Notes: a model not told the origin generated them from the sequence alone. A stretch of DNA of 64,000 bases from an uncultured Gammaproteobacteria bacterium (GCA_964394685.1 CAYMYO010000001.1:128132-192131); one strand, 5' to 3'. Shown: positions 19,090 through 30,128, counted from the stretch's first letter. Translations and numbers: made by a program.

Positions 19090-19736
19090 TTCAAAAAAAG
19101 AACAATATTTATTTCTCTTCACTTCTAGAACAGTTTCCACATATCACACACGGATTTACAACAAAGAAGCAAGGCAACATGCTACATGAGTCAACAAGAA
19201 AAGATTTTTTTGCTTCTATTGGCGTTGCATATACGGACGTTGTTTTACAAGAGCAAGTGCATGGAATAGCTATTCATGTGGTTTCACCAGTAGATCGCGG
19301 AAAAACCATACCTGGTATTGATGGGCTTGTATATCAAAAAAAAGAAGATACACCCATTTTGTTATGTGTACATGTGGGAGACTGTGTACCGCTTTTGTTC
19401 GCTGACCAGACAAAAAAAATCATTGGGGTTGCGCATTCTGGTTGGAAAGGCACAGAGAAACATATTGCAAGAGAGATGGTGAAAACATTTCAAATATTAG
19501 GTTCGTCCCCAGATGATATAGTGATTGCTTTTGGACCATTTATTTGCCGCGATTGCTATCCTGTTGATCTGTGGAAGAATATTTTCTCTGATTTATTGGA
19601 ACAATCGATACAAAAAGATCATATCGATTATGACAAGACACTTTGTACATTCGAGAAGAAAGAACTTTTTTATTCATGGAGGAGAAAAAATGAACCTTTT
19701 GGTGAAATAATGGGGTATATTGGATATACGGGATAA
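19086..19736 (+). CDS. pgeF: Peptidoglycan editing factor PgeF / YfiH (DUF152) family.
   Basis: ...HITHGFTTKKQGNM...CVHVGDCVPLLFADQTKKIIGVAHSGWKGT..., the conserved His/Cys/His of the YfiH family. ATGA overlap with murE. Confidence 0.75.
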   Translation: MIQKKNNIYFSSLLEQFPHITHGFTTKKQGNMLHESTRKDFFASIGVAYTDVVLQEQVHGIAIHVVSPVDRGKTIPGIDGLVYQKKEDTPILLCVHVGDCVPLLFADQTKKIIGVAHSGWKGTEKHIAREMVKTFQILGSSPDDIVIAFGPFICRDCYPVDLWKNIFSDLLEQSIQKDHIDYDKTLCTFEKKELFYSWRRKNEPFGEIMGYIGYTG

Positions 19737-19737
19737 T

Positions 19738-21156
19738 ATGAAAACAACGAAATATAAACATATTCACTTCGTAGGGATTAAAGGCGTAGCAATGACGGCC
19801 TTAGCGTTGTATTTTAAAGACCAAGGAATTACGGTAACAGGTTCTGATGTTGAAGGAGTATTTCCAACGCAACATGTGTTAGATAAGGCACGCATTTCCA
19901 TATCTATCGGTTTTTCAGCAGTTACAATTGAAAAACAGAAAAACCTTGATCTTGTCATTTATACCGGAGCACACGGTGGGAAAGACAATGTAGAAGTGGT
20001 AACTGCAGTCAAACGAAGAATTCCTGTTATGTCTCATGGACAAGCGCTTGGTATGGTCATGGAAGGGAAAAGACAAATTTCAGTTGCCGGAAGTCACGGA
20101 AAGACAACAACCAGCTCTATGCTTGCCTGCATTTTTACCCAAGCCTTCATAGATCCGTCTTATGCAATCGGATGCGGAACCATACTTGGACTTGGAAATC
20201 CGGGTCATAACGGAAGCGGGAATGTATTTATCGCTGAAGCGGATGAGTATATGACTGACCCGGGACATGATACAAAACCTCGGTTTCTTTGGCAGCATCC
20301 CGAGTTATTGGTTGTAACCAATATTGATTACGATCATCCGGATGTATATGCGAATTTAGAAGAGGTGCAACAAGCGTTTCTAACGCTTCAAAAACAAATG
20401 ACAGGAAGAAAAACTACAATAGTTAATCATGATGATGTACCAAGCAAGGTTTTATGTCAAAAGGGTATCCACACAGTGACCTATGGATATTCTCCTGGCT
20501 CAGAGTATCAGATCACTCACGTTTCTTTTGAAGAAGGACGGACATTTTTCACTGTTTGCGTCCGAGGGACAACAATCGGTGAATTTATTTTGGTAGTTCC
20601 GGGAAAACATAATATTCTCAATGCGCTTGCGGCACTCGTTGCCGCTTGTGAATTTGGATTGTCCTTAGAAGTTATTAAAAAAGGATTGATGCAATTTCAA
20701 GGCGCAAAAAGGAGATTAGAACTACTGTATACAAACAAGGATATTCGAATCTATGATGATTATGCTCATCATCCCCACGAAATTATTGCTTCTCTTGATG
20801 CGCTTCGCTCGTGGTATCCCAAAAACCGTGTTATTACTATTTTTCAACCGCACACCTATTCACGAACAGCGTCGCTACTATCAGAATTTGCAAAAAGTTT
20901 TTCAAAAAGCGACATCGTTTGTATAGCGGATATCTATGCTTCAGCACGAGAAACAGTGAGAACCGATATACACAGTGCTAAGCTTGTTGAAGAAATTGCA
21001 AAAAATCACACGAATGTTCAATATGTTAAAAATTTATCAGGAGCGCTATCGTATTTAAAAATATATCTATCACCGGGTGATATCATTGTTTGTATGGGAG
21101 CTGGTGATATTTACGAATGGGGATATGCAATTTCCTCTTATGTTAAAAGTATATGA
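19738..21156 (+). CDS. murC: UDP-N-acetylmuramate--L-alanine ligase.
   Basis: HIHFVGIKGVAMTALALYFKDQGITVTGSD, then a Mur ligase domain GSHGKTTTSSML. The ORF is open from 19720; the start is placed at 19738. Confidence 0.85.
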   Translation: MKTTKYKHIHFVGIKGVAMTALALYFKDQGITVTGSDVEGVFPTQHVLDKARISISIGFSAVTIEKQKNLDLVIYTGAHGGKDNVEVVTAVKRRIPVMSHGQALGMVMEGKRQISVAGSHGKTTTSSMLACIFTQAFIDPSYAIGCGTILGLGNPGHNGSGNVFIAEADEYMTDPGHDTKPRFLWQHPELLVVTNIDYDHPDVYANLEEVQQAFLTLQKQMTGRKTTIVNHDDVPSKVLCQKGIHTVTYGYSPGSEYQITHVSFEEGRTFFTVCVRGTTIGEFILVVPGKHNILNALAALVAACEFGLSLEVIKKGLMQFQGAKRRLELLYTNKDIRIYDDYAHHPHEIIASLDALRSWYPKNRVITIFQPHTYSRTASLLSEFAKSFSKSDIVCIADIYASARETVRTDIHSAKLVEEIAKNHTNVQYVKNLSGALSYLKIYLSPGDIIVCMGAGDIYEWGYAISSYVKSI

Positions 21157-22106
21157 AACATGAGTTAAAAAAACTACAGGATAAATTTGGTACAAAAATA
21201 CGAGAACAGATAATGCTTGCTCCATTGACAACATTTAACATTGGCGGTCCGGCTGATTATTTTTTTGAAGCCCGTACCCAAGATGATCTCGTACAGGCAG
21301 TCATATTAGCCAGAGAATTGCATCTCCCATTTTTTATCCTCGGAGGCGGATCGAATATCCTTGTTGGCGACAAAGGATTCCGGGGACTGGTCATTCGAAA
21401 TGTCACACATGCGATCTTAATAAAGGGGGCCAAAGGTGCAATCACAGGAGGTATTAAAACAGGAAGTGTGTATGTAGAAGCGGATTCCGGCGTGCCATTT
21501 AATTTACTTGTCAGGTTTACCATTGAAGAGGGGTTACAGGGACTAGAAATGCATTTAGGACTTCCCGGATCAGTTGGAGGTGCTGTTTATATGAATTCTA
21601 AGTGGATGAATCCTCCATCTTATGTTGGAGACGTTCTTTTTCAAGCCCGAATATTAACACAAGAAAACGAAATTCAGATTGTTCCAAAAGAACATGTTCA
21701 CCAGTCAAAAGGCCTCATTCTTTCAGTTGTTTTTGAACTTCAGCGCAGAGATAATAATATCTTGTGGGAAACAGCAAATAAGAGTATTGAATATAGAAAA
21801 AACACACAACCGCAGGGCGTGAAAACTGCCGGATGCGTATTTAAAAATATTACGTCAGCTGACGCACTCATTGCACAAACACCTGAGTATACGACAAGCT
21901 CCGGATATTTGATTGATCATGCGGGATGCAAAGATATGGTAGTTGGAGGCGCAAAAGTATCGGCTACCCATGCAAATTTTATCGTCAATACGGGAAATGC
22001 AACTGCTTTGGATGTGTTACAATTAATAAGTCTTATTGGGAAGCGTGTACAGAGTCAATTTGGAGTCACTTTAAAAGAAGAAGTAATCAAAATAGGAGAA
22101 TTTTAA
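21153..22106 (+). CDS. murB: UDP-N-acetylenolpyruvoylglucosamine reductase.
   Basis: FAD-binding N-terminal domain (TTFNIGGPADYFFEA), then the MurB C-terminal domain. ATGA overlaps on both sides. Confidence 0.8.
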   Translation: MKHELKKLQDKFGTKIREQIMLAPLTTFNIGGPADYFFEARTQDDLVQAVILARELHLPFFILGGGSNILVGDKGFRGLVIRNVTHAILIKGAKGAITGGIKTGSVYVEADSGVPFNLLVRFTIEEGLQGLEMHLGLPGSVGGAVYMNSKWMNPPSYVGDVLFQARILTQENEIQIVPKEHVHQSKGLILSVVFELQRRDNNILWETANKSIEYRKNTQPQGVKTAGCVFKNITSADALIAQTPEYTTSSGYLIDHAGCKDMVVGGAKVSATHANFIVNTGNATALDVLQLISLIGKRVQSQFGVTLKEEVIKIGEF

Positions 22107-23446
22107 TGGAAAAATTTGTCATTAACGGTCCAGCTGTTCTTCATGGCGACGTTACGATCGCCGGAGCCAAAAACGTAGCACTCAAAGCAATTGTAGCATC
22201 ACTTTTAACAGACGATGAGATAGTCCTTCACAATATGCCGCAGATTCGAGATGTCCATCTCATGCTCGATGTAGTGAAAAGCCTGGGAGTGAAAGTAACA
22301 ATAGAAGGAAATACCATGCGTATTAAAGACGGAAATACAAAGGATACTATCGTACCACTTGAAGTCGGTGCGCGGCTTCGCACATCATCCATGGTTTTAG
22401 GACCTATGCTGTCCCGCTATGGAAGTGCAACGATTCCTAATCCTGGAGGGTGTCGTATAGGAGCGCGGCCAATAGACAGGCATATCGAAGGATTAAAAGC
22501 TATGGGAGCAACCATTGATTATGATTCAAAAGACGGATATTTTCATGCACACGCTGAGCATCTTCATGGAGCAGAAATTAATTTTTTGAAAAATACCCAC
22601 ACAGGAACGGAAACATTGCTTCTCGCTGCAGTGTTAGCTGACGGTACAACAGTTCTAAAAAATGCTGCTGAAGAAATAGAAATTGACGATTTAATTTCAC
22701 TTCTTAATGCTATGGGAGCAAACATCACACGCAGCGGAAATAGAGAAATAACTATTGTTGGAGTGTCAAAACTACATGGAACAGAATATTCGATCATGTC
22801 AGATCGCAATGAAGAAGCAACATTTGCGATAGCAGCGCTTGCAACAAAAGGTGATATTACAGTGCATCATTCCGAGCGGCGAAACATGAAGATTTTTTTA
22901 GAAGCCTTTGAAAAAGCAGGAGGCATATATAAAATGATTGATGACACGACAACACAATATTTTTACGATAAACCGATTCAATCGGTTAATATTGTCACTG
23001 GTATTCATCCTGGATTTATGACGGACTGGCAAGCGCCATGGGCGCTTCTCATGACGCAGGCAGAAGGCATATCAACAATTCATGAAACAGTATTTGAAAA
23101 TAGATTTTTTTATGTTGAGGAGCTACGGAAAATGGGTGCAGATATATCGTATCTTGATCCAACCGTTACCAATCCGGAAACATTTTATAATTTTAACTGG
23201 GAAGACAGGATAAACGGAAATCATCAGGCAATAAGAATTACCGGTCCGATGAAACTTCATAATGCAATACTCTCCATGAATGATTTACGGGCCGGAGCCA
23301 CGGTCGTGCTTGCGGCAATCATCGCAACCGGTCAAAGTTTTATTTATGGAGTGGAACAAATTGATCGAGGGTATGAACACATTGATACACGTCTCCAAGC
23401 GCTCGGTGCATCCATTGAGCGGATTGAAGAAGACGTGGTGATATAA
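22106..23446 (+). CDS. murA: UDP-N-acetylglucosamine 1-carboxyvinyltransferase.
   Basis: MEKFVINGPAVLHGDVTIAGAKNVALKAIVASLL.. and a C-terminal RAGATVVLAAI. The start ATG at 22106 overlaps the murB stop. Confidence 0.85.
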   Translation: MEKFVINGPAVLHGDVTIAGAKNVALKAIVASLLTDDEIVLHNMPQIRDVHLMLDVVKSLGVKVTIEGNTMRIKDGNTKDTIVPLEVGARLRTSSMVLGPMLSRYGSATIPNPGGCRIGARPIDRHIEGLKAMGATIDYDSKDGYFHAHAEHLHGAEINFLKNTHTGTETLLLAAVLADGTTVLKNAAEEIEIDDLISLLNAMGANITRSGNREITIVGVSKLHGTEYSIMSDRNEEATFAIAALATKGDITVHHSERRNMKIFLEAFEKAGGIYKMIDDTTTQYFYDKPIQSVNIVTGIHPGFMTDWQAPWALLMTQAEGISTIHETVFENRFFYVEELRKMGADISYLDPTVTNPETFYNFNWEDRINGNHQAIRITGPMKLHNAILSMNDLRAGATVVLAAIIATGQSFIYGVEQIDRGYEHIDTRLQALGASIERIEEDVVI

Positions 23447-23456
23447 AGGAGGATAT

Positions 23457-24770
23457 ATGAAACAAGATATTACAGTAGTACTGTTAACCGGAGGAACATC
23501 AACCCGTTTTTGGCCGCTTCTAGATAAAACCACTTTTGTATTCCAAGGAAAACCATTTTTGTATTGGCATTATCAACAATTAGTGAACGCAGGTATTAAA
23601 AAATGCATTGTTGTAACGAACGAGAATACTAATGATTCTATCCGTTTAGTTACTGTTCCGGAAGGATTGACTGTTGAATATGTTATTCAGAAAGGTCAGG
23701 GGATGGGACAAGCTGTCGCTGCGCTTGAAAGTATACTACACGATGAGTCCATTCTGGTACTTAATGCTTCAGATTATTATAAAGATGAATTTATTACTTC
23801 ATTTATCGCATATATAAAAAACGATATGATTCTTGGTGCGGTTCGGGTAAACAAGTATTTTCCAGGCGGATATTTAAAAATAAATTCAGAGAATAGTGTT
23901 GAGGAGATAATAGAAAAACCTGAAATTGGAAAGGAACCAAGCGATATCGTGCGTATTGTAGCAGATTATTTCCCAAATTGCAGGAAGATTATTGATGCGG
24001 TGAGGCAATCCGGTTTAGATCCCGTATCAGGATATGAGAATGCAATCAATAATGTAATTCGGGACGATGTTGTTTGCAAAGCAAAAATTACAGAATTGTC
24101 ATCATGGAAATATCTTAAATATCCATGGGATGTGTTAGCCATGAAAGACGAATTTTTTTCTCATATGACTGGACAACAGATTCATAAAAGCGTGACGATT
24201 AAATCTAATGTTGTAATCGAGGGAGCAGTTATTATTGAAGAAGGTGTGAAAATTTTTGAAGGAACAAAAATAGTCGGTCCTGTATATATCGGTAAAAACA
24301 CCATTATTGGAAATAATAATATTATAAGGCACAGCTATATTGGTGCATATGTCGTTACCGGATTTAGTTCTGATATTACGAGAAGTTATATTGGTGATGA
24401 TTGTTGGTTTCATACCAATTATATCGGAGATAGCGTCATCGGAAATAATGTCAGTATGGGTTCCGGATCTGTATGTGCAAATTTACGTCTTGATGACGGG
24501 GAAATATCAAGTGTCGTTAAGGAGGAGAAAATCGGGACAGGAAAAAATAAATTAGGAGCGATTATTGGAAACAACGTTCGCATTGGAGTTAATTCCAGTA
24601 TTATGCCAGGAGTAAAAATCGGTCAAAATTCCTTTATCGGTGCTGGTATTGTTGTCGATTCAGATCTTGAGGAAGATAAATTTATATTTTTGAAAAACGG
24701 AGTTCCTACAACGGTTGATAACACGAAAAAAGCAACTGCTTCTCGTGAGGAGTTTCGAAAAGCACTATGA
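23457..24770 (+). CDS. Sugar-phosphate nucleotidyltransferase with a C-terminal left-handed beta-helix (hexapeptide-repeat) domain (GlmU-like/GMPP-like architecture).
   Basis: VVLLTGGTSTRFWPL nucleotidyltransferase motif (compare manC GGVGSRLWPL). Repeated [LIV]G.... hexapeptide repeats run through the C-terminal 200 aa. Strong AAGGAGG RBS. Confidence 0.6.
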   Translation: MKQDITVVLLTGGTSTRFWPLLDKTTFVFQGKPFLYWHYQQLVNAGIKKCIVVTNENTNDSIRLVTVPEGLTVEYVIQKGQGMGQAVAALESILHDESILVLNASDYYKDEFITSFIAYIKNDMILGAVRVNKYFPGGYLKINSENSVEEIIEKPEIGKEPSDIVRIVADYFPNCRKIIDAVRQSGLDPVSGYENAINNVIRDDVVCKAKITELSSWKYLKYPWDVLAMKDEFFSHMTGQQIHKSVTIKSNVVIEGAVIIEEGVKIFEGTKIVGPVYIGKNTIIGNNNIIRHSYIGAYVVTGFSSDITRSYIGDDCWFHTNYIGDSVIGNNVSMGSGSVCANLRLDDGEISSVVKEEKIGTGKNKLGAIIGNNVRIGVNSSIMPGVKIGQNSFIGAGIVVDSDLEEDKFIFLKNGVPTTVDNTKKATASREEFRKAL

Positions 24771-25816
24771 AACGACCACACGTTCTCATTTTAGAGGGTG
24801 GAAGATCAGTTGAATATGAAGTTTCTCTTCGTTCCTCATTGGGTATTCAACACGCATTACGGATTTCCGGATTTTCTGTTGGGGTTATACGGATTGAGCG
24901 GAACGGTTCGTGGGGTGATGTAACCGGTGATTGGCCGGTGACCAATCGGAAGTTTGTTTTATCTGGAGATCCGCATGCATATGATTCTTTTGGAAAAGAT
25001 CTCGTTGTTTTCCCAGTGCTGCATGGTCCGTATGGAGAAGATGGAACTATACAGGGATTATTCGAGCTTGCTGATATTCCGTATGTTGGGTGCGGTGTTC
25101 TGGCATCAGCAATTGGCATGCATAAAGGATGCCAAAAAGAATTATTTACTCATCACGGGCTTCAGGTAGCTCCGTGGATTTCGATAAAAAGACATGAGTG
25201 GAATAAAGACCAAAAAGAAATGACCGATCATATAACGTTGTTTGTAAAACAACGATTTCCATTGTTTGTTAAACCTATTCGTACTGGTTCAAGTGTCGGT
25301 ATTTCAAGTGTGTCTGATAAAAAAACATTACATTACGCGATAGATAATGCGTTTCAATATGATGATGAAATTATTGTTGAGCAAAGTATGAGCCCGCTTC
25401 GGGAAATTGAGGTTGCTGTCCTTGGAACGACGAAGCCAGAAGCATCAGTTATCGGAGAAATAATTCCTGACCGTGAATTTTATGATTATGCAGCAAAATA
25501 TAGTCCTGATAGCAAAACAATGTTGCATATCGATCCTGATGATATTTCTAAAGTGATAAAAGATGAAATACGGTCTCAGGCGATTCAGGCGTTTGCGATT
25601 CTTGGTGGATCCGGACTTTCTCGTGTCGATTTTTTCTTATCAGGAAACAGAATTATTATTAACGAGATAAATACAATGCCCGGGTTTACGTCTATTAGTA
25701 TGTATCCAAAATTATGGGAAGCGAGTGGAATTCCATTTGCAGATCTTTGTACACGCCTTATAACAGTGGGAAAAGAAGTATGGGAATCAAAGCAGCAGAT
25801 CAAAACAACCTTATGA
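24767..25816 (+). CDS. ddl: D-alanine--D-alanine ligase.
   Basis: ...FPVLHGPYGEDGTIQGLFELADIPYVGCGVLASAIGMHK... ATP-grasp domain. ATGA overlap with the upstream gene. Confidence 0.85.
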   Translation: MKRPHVLILEGGRSVEYEVSLRSSLGIQHALRISGFSVGVIRIERNGSWGDVTGDWPVTNRKFVLSGDPHAYDSFGKDLVVFPVLHGPYGEDGTIQGLFELADIPYVGCGVLASAIGMHKGCQKELFTHHGLQVAPWISIKRHEWNKDQKEMTDHITLFVKQRFPLFVKPIRTGSSVGISSVSDKKTLHYAIDNAFQYDDEIIVEQSMSPLREIEVAVLGTTKPEASVIGEIIPDREFYDYAAKYSPDSKTMLHIDPDDISKVIKDEIRSQAIQAFAILGGSGLSRVDFFLSGNRIIINEINTMPGFTSISMYPKLWEASGIPFADLCTRLITVGKEVWESKQQIKTTL

Positions 25817-27201
25817 AAAATAATATTTTTCTGCTTATTCTTCGTTGGGCAGCAAAAAGAAAACTTTTTCGACTTCGACCAAAAATTATTGCAGTGACAG
25901 GAAGTATCGGTAAATCAACATTTTTGACACTTCTTGATGGTATTGTGCATGATAAATTTAAGACGAGAACAACAAAGAAGGGGAACAGTGAAACAGGTCT
26001 ACCGCTTGAAATATTAGGTATTCGTGATGAACTGACTGATTATCGAGCTTTGACGTGGATACGGGTACTTGTCCATGCGATAACTATCGGACTATTTGGA
26101 GATGATGATTCGTATGAAGTATTAATTGCAGAATTTGGTATTGATAGTCCATACCCTCCAAAAAACATGTCGTATCTCTTAACCCTTATTCCGCATCCGG
26201 ATGTCGCAGTTGTGTTGTCTGTTAGTTCTGTTCATACAGAACAATTTGCTGAAGGACTATCACCAAGTGATCAGCTTGATGAGTCAGTCCTTCTTGAACG
26301 TATCGCAAAAGAAAAAATGTTACTTGCTCAAGCAATTACAAAAAACGGAACAGCTATCATTCAAAGCGATAATCCACTACTCATGAAGGAAGCGTCACAC
26401 ATAAATGGGTCTGTGGTCACGGTTGGAAGTAAAACAGATGCAACATTTCATATCAAAAAAATGACTGCGACTATCCAAAACGGTTCTTCCATAGTATTTT
26501 TGTATGACAAGAACGAATACCATATGATATTTCCTTATATCGTGTTGTTTCCAGAAAGTGCGTCAACAATTGTGTCTGTTGTCGCGGCAGCATCAGTTTT
26601 GAACTTCTCAATAAAAGAAATCATTGATAGTATACAAACGATTTCCCGTCTTCCATCGGGACGGTTTTCTATTCTTGAGGGAATAAAAGATACAACGATT
26701 ATTGACAGTAGCTACAACGCATCCCCAGAATCGGTAAAAGCAGCACTGCTCTTTTTAAAAACCGCAATTCAGAAAAAAGGAAGACGGATTGCGGTACTCG
26801 GAGATATGCGGGAGCTTGGTCCAATTGCCAAAAAGAAACATCAAGAAATTGCACGGATTGCAGCAGATGCTGTTGATCATATTGTTTGTGTTGGACCAAT
26901 GATGCGGGCGTTTGTTGTACCGGAACTTCTTCGTCTCGGTTTTGATGAAAAACACATTGATGTGTTTGAAACTGCAGAAGGGGTTGGTGCATCCATTGCT
27001 TCATACGTACGGCCTGATGATGTGATTTTGGTGAAGGGATCACAAAACACCATTTTTTTGGAAACCGTTGTGAAAGAGTTGTTGCGAAAGAAAACAGATG
27101 ATCATTTTCTTTGTAGACAATCATCGTATTGGGACACAGTGAGAAAAAATTTTTTTTCGACACATCCAAACAAACTTTATGAAGCAAAAACGTATAGCTA
27201 A
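25813..27201 (+). CDS. murF: Mur ligase, MurF-like (UDP-MurNAc-tripeptide--D-Ala-D-Ala ligase), short N-terminus.
   Basis: KIIAVTGSIGKST P-loop, DNP..., and a C-terminal Mur_ligase_C domain. It is the only Mur ligase left after murC/D/E are assigned. The ORF is open from 25714; the ATG at 25813 overlaps the ddl stop. Confidence 0.6.
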   Translation: MKNNIFLLILRWAAKRKLFRLRPKIIAVTGSIGKSTFLTLLDGIVHDKFKTRTTKKGNSETGLPLEILGIRDELTDYRALTWIRVLVHAITIGLFGDDDSYEVLIAEFGIDSPYPPKNMSYLLTLIPHPDVAVVLSVSSVHTEQFAEGLSPSDQLDESVLLERIAKEKMLLAQAITKNGTAIIQSDNPLLMKEASHINGSVVTVGSKTDATFHIKKMTATIQNGSSIVFLYDKNEYHMIFPYIVLFPESASTIVSVVAAASVLNFSIKEIIDSIQTISRLPSGRFSILEGIKDTTIIDSSYNASPESVKAALLFLKTAIQKKGRRIAVLGDMRELGPIAKKKHQEIARIAADAVDHIVCVGPMMRAFVVPELLRLGFDEKHIDVFETAEGVGASIASYVRPDDVILVKGSQNTIFLETVVKELLRKKTDDHFLCRQSSYWDTVRKNFFSTHPNKLYEAKTYS

Positions 27202-27847
27202 TTTTACTGGACAGTTTTGTACGGTATCCACACTCCCTGTCGGACAACTAGAAACAAATTGTTATGTTGTTGCGTTTGATGGAATTGGATACGTCATCGA
27301 TTCGGGAGATGATGGCACATATATTGCTGAGGTGCTTCAAAAGATGAACGTTACTCCCCGCGCTATACTGTTAACACACGGGCATTTTGATCACGCACTT
27401 GCTGCTTTTGAAGTTAGTGTGGCATTTGATATTCCGACCCTCGTGAGTAAATTTGATATGCCTATCTTACATCGAATGCAGGAAACCGCACAGTATTTTT
27501 TAGGGTATCCAGTCACAGATCCGATACCGCAATCTATTCGTTATTTTGAAGAATCAAAAAATCTTGAAACTCAATGGCATCTTCAGGTTATAAGTACCCC
27601 TGGTCATACGCCTGGGAGCGTATCTTTTGTCTTTGATGGGTATCCAATGGTTTTTACCGGGGACACGTTGTTTGCAGACGGGTTGGTTGGCGATACAAGT
27701 CATGCCTATAGTGATGCGAAACAGCTTCAAATGTCTCTCCGAACACTTTCTTTGCTTCCTGATAAAATGATCGTGTTTCCGGGGCATGGTGAGGAAACGA
27801 ATATCAAGGAAGTAAAAAGTCAGCTTTCGGAAAAAGGCTTTCTATAG
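27179..27847 (+). CDS. MBL-fold metallo-hydrolase (glyoxalase II-like).
   Basis: LLTHGHFDHALAAF metal-binding motif, plus TPGHTPGS and GD(T)LF. Confidence 0.7.
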   Translation: MKQKRIANFTGQFCTVSTLPVGQLETNCYVVAFDGIGYVIDSGDDGTYIAEVLQKMNVTPRAILLTHGHFDHALAAFEVSVAFDIPTLVSKFDMPILHRMQETAQYFLGYPVTDPIPQSIRYFEESKNLETQWHLQVISTPGHTPGSVSFVFDGYPMVFTGDTLFADGLVGDTSHAYSDAKQLQMSLRTLSLLPDKMIVFPGHGEETNIKEVKSQLSEKGFL

Positions 27848-27900
27848 AGATAATACTTGTGTCAACCCTATTTGGAAGGGTATACTTAAAAGGTATATCT

Positions 27901-28266
27901 ATGAAGACAGAACAAAGAACTCATAAAGACTCATTTAAAGATGCGTTTGCAGGTCTCCTGTGGTCTTTTAAGACCCAACCGAATTTTCGAGTTCATCTTC
28001 TTCTTGCGGCTGTTGCAATATTTCTTTCCTGGTTGTTTCAAATAACTCTCGTTGAATTTGCAATCATCATATTCACCATTATCCTAGGGTTAACAGCTGA
28101 AATGATCAATACGTCTATTGAATCCATGACTGATCTTATTACAACTGAATACAGGGAAAGCGCAAAGATTGCGAAAGATGTAGCAGCGGGAATGATGCTG
28201 ACCGTTGCAATGGGCGCCGTACTGGTTGCACTCGTTATATTCATTCCGCATATTTTCATTCCATAA
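27901..28266 (+). CDS. dgkA: Diacylglycerol kinase/undecaprenol kinase DgkA family.
   Basis: Three TM helices and an E..N.S(A)IE-type motif (AEMINTSIESMTD). The ORF is open from 27859; the start is placed at the ATG at 27901, with AAAGG 9 nt upstream. Confidence 0.7.
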   Translation: MKTEQRTHKDSFKDAFAGLLWSFKTQPNFRVHLLLAAVAIFLSWLFQITLVEFAIIIFTIILGLTAEMINTSIESMTDLITTEYRESAKIAKDVAAGMMLTVAMGAVLVALVIFIPHIFIP

Positions 28267-28269
28267 CCT

Positions 28270-29316
28270 ATGGTTTTTTTACTTGGAATATTACTATTTT
28301 CATATTTTGTGCACAGCATATTATATATTCCGTTTATTAAACTTCTCTATACATGGAAATTTCAACGATTGAAGCAAATTACTCGTGATGCGTTTAATAA
28401 AAGAACTCCAATATTCGATAAATTTCATCAAATGAAAGCAGGTACGCCCGTAGGCGGTGGACTGCTTATTATTGTTTTAACGACTCTTTTCTTTCCTCTC
28501 ACCATTTTAACAATGAAATACTTTTGGATTCCGATTACCTCTGTGTATCCGATGTTTCATGAAATAAAAATACTTCTTTTTACATTCATTTCATTTGGCT
28601 TACTAGGTCTTCTTGATGATGCGAAAAAAACATTTGCATGGAAATCAGATGTTTTTGGCTTACGGGTGCGACATAAGCTTATTCTTGAAGTTATTCTTGC
28701 AGTGATCATCAGTTATTGGCTGGCGAGCGACTTAAAAATCGGTATTTTTTACCTTCCCCTTATTGGGGTTATCGAAATGGGATGGTGGTTTATCCCATTT
28801 GCGACATTTGTCATCATCGCGTTTTCAAACGCATTTAACATTACCGATGGACTCGATGGTCTTTCAGCAGGAGTACTCATGATTGCTCTTGCGGCATTTT
28901 GGATCGTTTCGGCATCGATTCTTGATACGCCAATGTCAATATTTATCGCATTATGGCTTGGAGGAATTTTGTCGTTTTTATACTTTAATGTGTACCCAGC
29001 ACGTATCTTTTTAGGAGACGTCGGCGCATTATCTTTCGGCGCGACACTTGCAGTAGTAGGACTTATTTTAGGGAAAGCTCCGGCACTCGTTATCATCGGT
29101 TTTGTATTTATTATTGAAGTTGCATCTTCAGGAATTCAATTATTATGGAAAAAGCTATTTCATAAAAAGCTATTTACCGCCGCTCCATTTCATTTATATT
29201 TACAGCAAATCGGATGGGAAGAACCAAAAATAGTTATGCGCGCATGGATACTTTCAATCGTTTTTGCCATCATCGGTCTGTTTATAGCGCTCATAACCAA
29301 ATACCCTCTCAAGTAA
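28270..29316 (+). CDS. mraY: Phospho-N-acetylmuramoyl-pentapeptide transferase.
   Basis: Polytopic. NAFNITDGLDGL and ...FLGDVGALSFGA... signature motifs. Confidence 0.85.
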   Translation: MVFLLGILLFSYFVHSILYIPFIKLLYTWKFQRLKQITRDAFNKRTPIFDKFHQMKAGTPVGGGLLIIVLTTLFFPLTILTMKYFWIPITSVYPMFHEIKILLFTFISFGLLGLLDDAKKTFAWKSDVFGLRVRHKLILEVILAVIISYWLASDLKIGIFYLPLIGVIEMGWWFIPFATFVIIAFSNAFNITDGLDGLSAGVLMIALAAFWIVSASILDTPMSIFIALWLGGILSFLYFNVYPARIFLGDVGALSFGATLAVVGLILGKAPALVIIGFVFIIEVASSGIQLLWKKLFHKKLFTAAPFHLYLQQIGWEEPKIVMRAWILSIVFAIIGLFIALITKYPLK

Positions 29317-29324
29317 TTGACACT

Positions 29325-30119
29325 ATGAATAATTTTCCCATAGGGATTATTGATTCTGGATCTGGTGGGCTCTCTGTCTGGAAAGAAATTACAGCGTTAC
29401 TACCCAATGAATCCACAATATATATTGGAGATCATGCGTATCTGCCATACAGTGAAAAGTCAACGGTATTTATACGGCATCGTGTAGCAAAATTAATTCA
29501 ATTTCTTATAAAAAAACAGGTTAAGCTTATTGTCATTGCGTGTAATACGGCAACAGTTGCCGGAATTGACTGGTATAGATTGCAATTCCCGACGGTTCCA
29601 ATCATTGGTGTTGTCCCAGTGGTTAAAACTGCAGCAGCGATGACAAAAACAAATACAATGTGCATACTTTCTACAAAATACACAGCAGGTAGCAGGTATC
29701 AAAAAAAACTTATCAAACAATTTGCTTCACATGCCACTGTTATTGAGATAGGCAGCTCACGTTTAGTTAAATATATTGAATCAACAGAAGATACGAAAAT
29801 GGAAATAATCAAAGAACTTCAAGTAATTCTTAAGCCAATACTACATAGTAACATTGATGTATTGGTGTTGGGGTGCACTCACTTTCCATTTATTCAAGAA
29901 GAAATCCGACAAGTTATTGGTACTCGTATTGCCCTCCTTGATTCAGGACCGGCAGTAGCCAGACAGGTAAAACGAATAGTAGCGAATGATGATGATATCA
30001 CACATAGTCTGAATGCCCCTCATGTATTGTATACAACTGGTGATACGAAAGACGTATCTGCTATTTATAAGAAACTTCTCAACAGTGCCGTAGTTGTTCT
30101 CACGGCACCAATTGCATAA
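29325..30119 (+). CDS. murI: Glutamate racemase.
   Basis: IGIIDSGSGGLSV and VIACNTAT motifs plus LGCTHFP. The ORF is open from 29214; the ATG at 29325 follows the mraY stop. Confidence 0.8.
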   Translation: MNNFPIGIIDSGSGGLSVWKEITALLPNESTIYIGDHAYLPYSEKSTVFIRHRVAKLIQFLIKKQVKLIVIACNTATVAGIDWYRLQFPTVPIIGVVPVVKTAAAMTKTNTMCILSTKYTAGSRYQKKLIKQFASHATVIEIGSSRLVKYIESTEDTKMEIIKELQVILKPILHSNIDVLVLGCTHFPFIQEEIRQVIGTRIALLDSGPAVARQVKRIVANDDDITHSLNAPHVLYTTGDTKDVSAIYKKLLNSAVVVLTAPIA

Positions 30120-30128
30120 AATAAGACT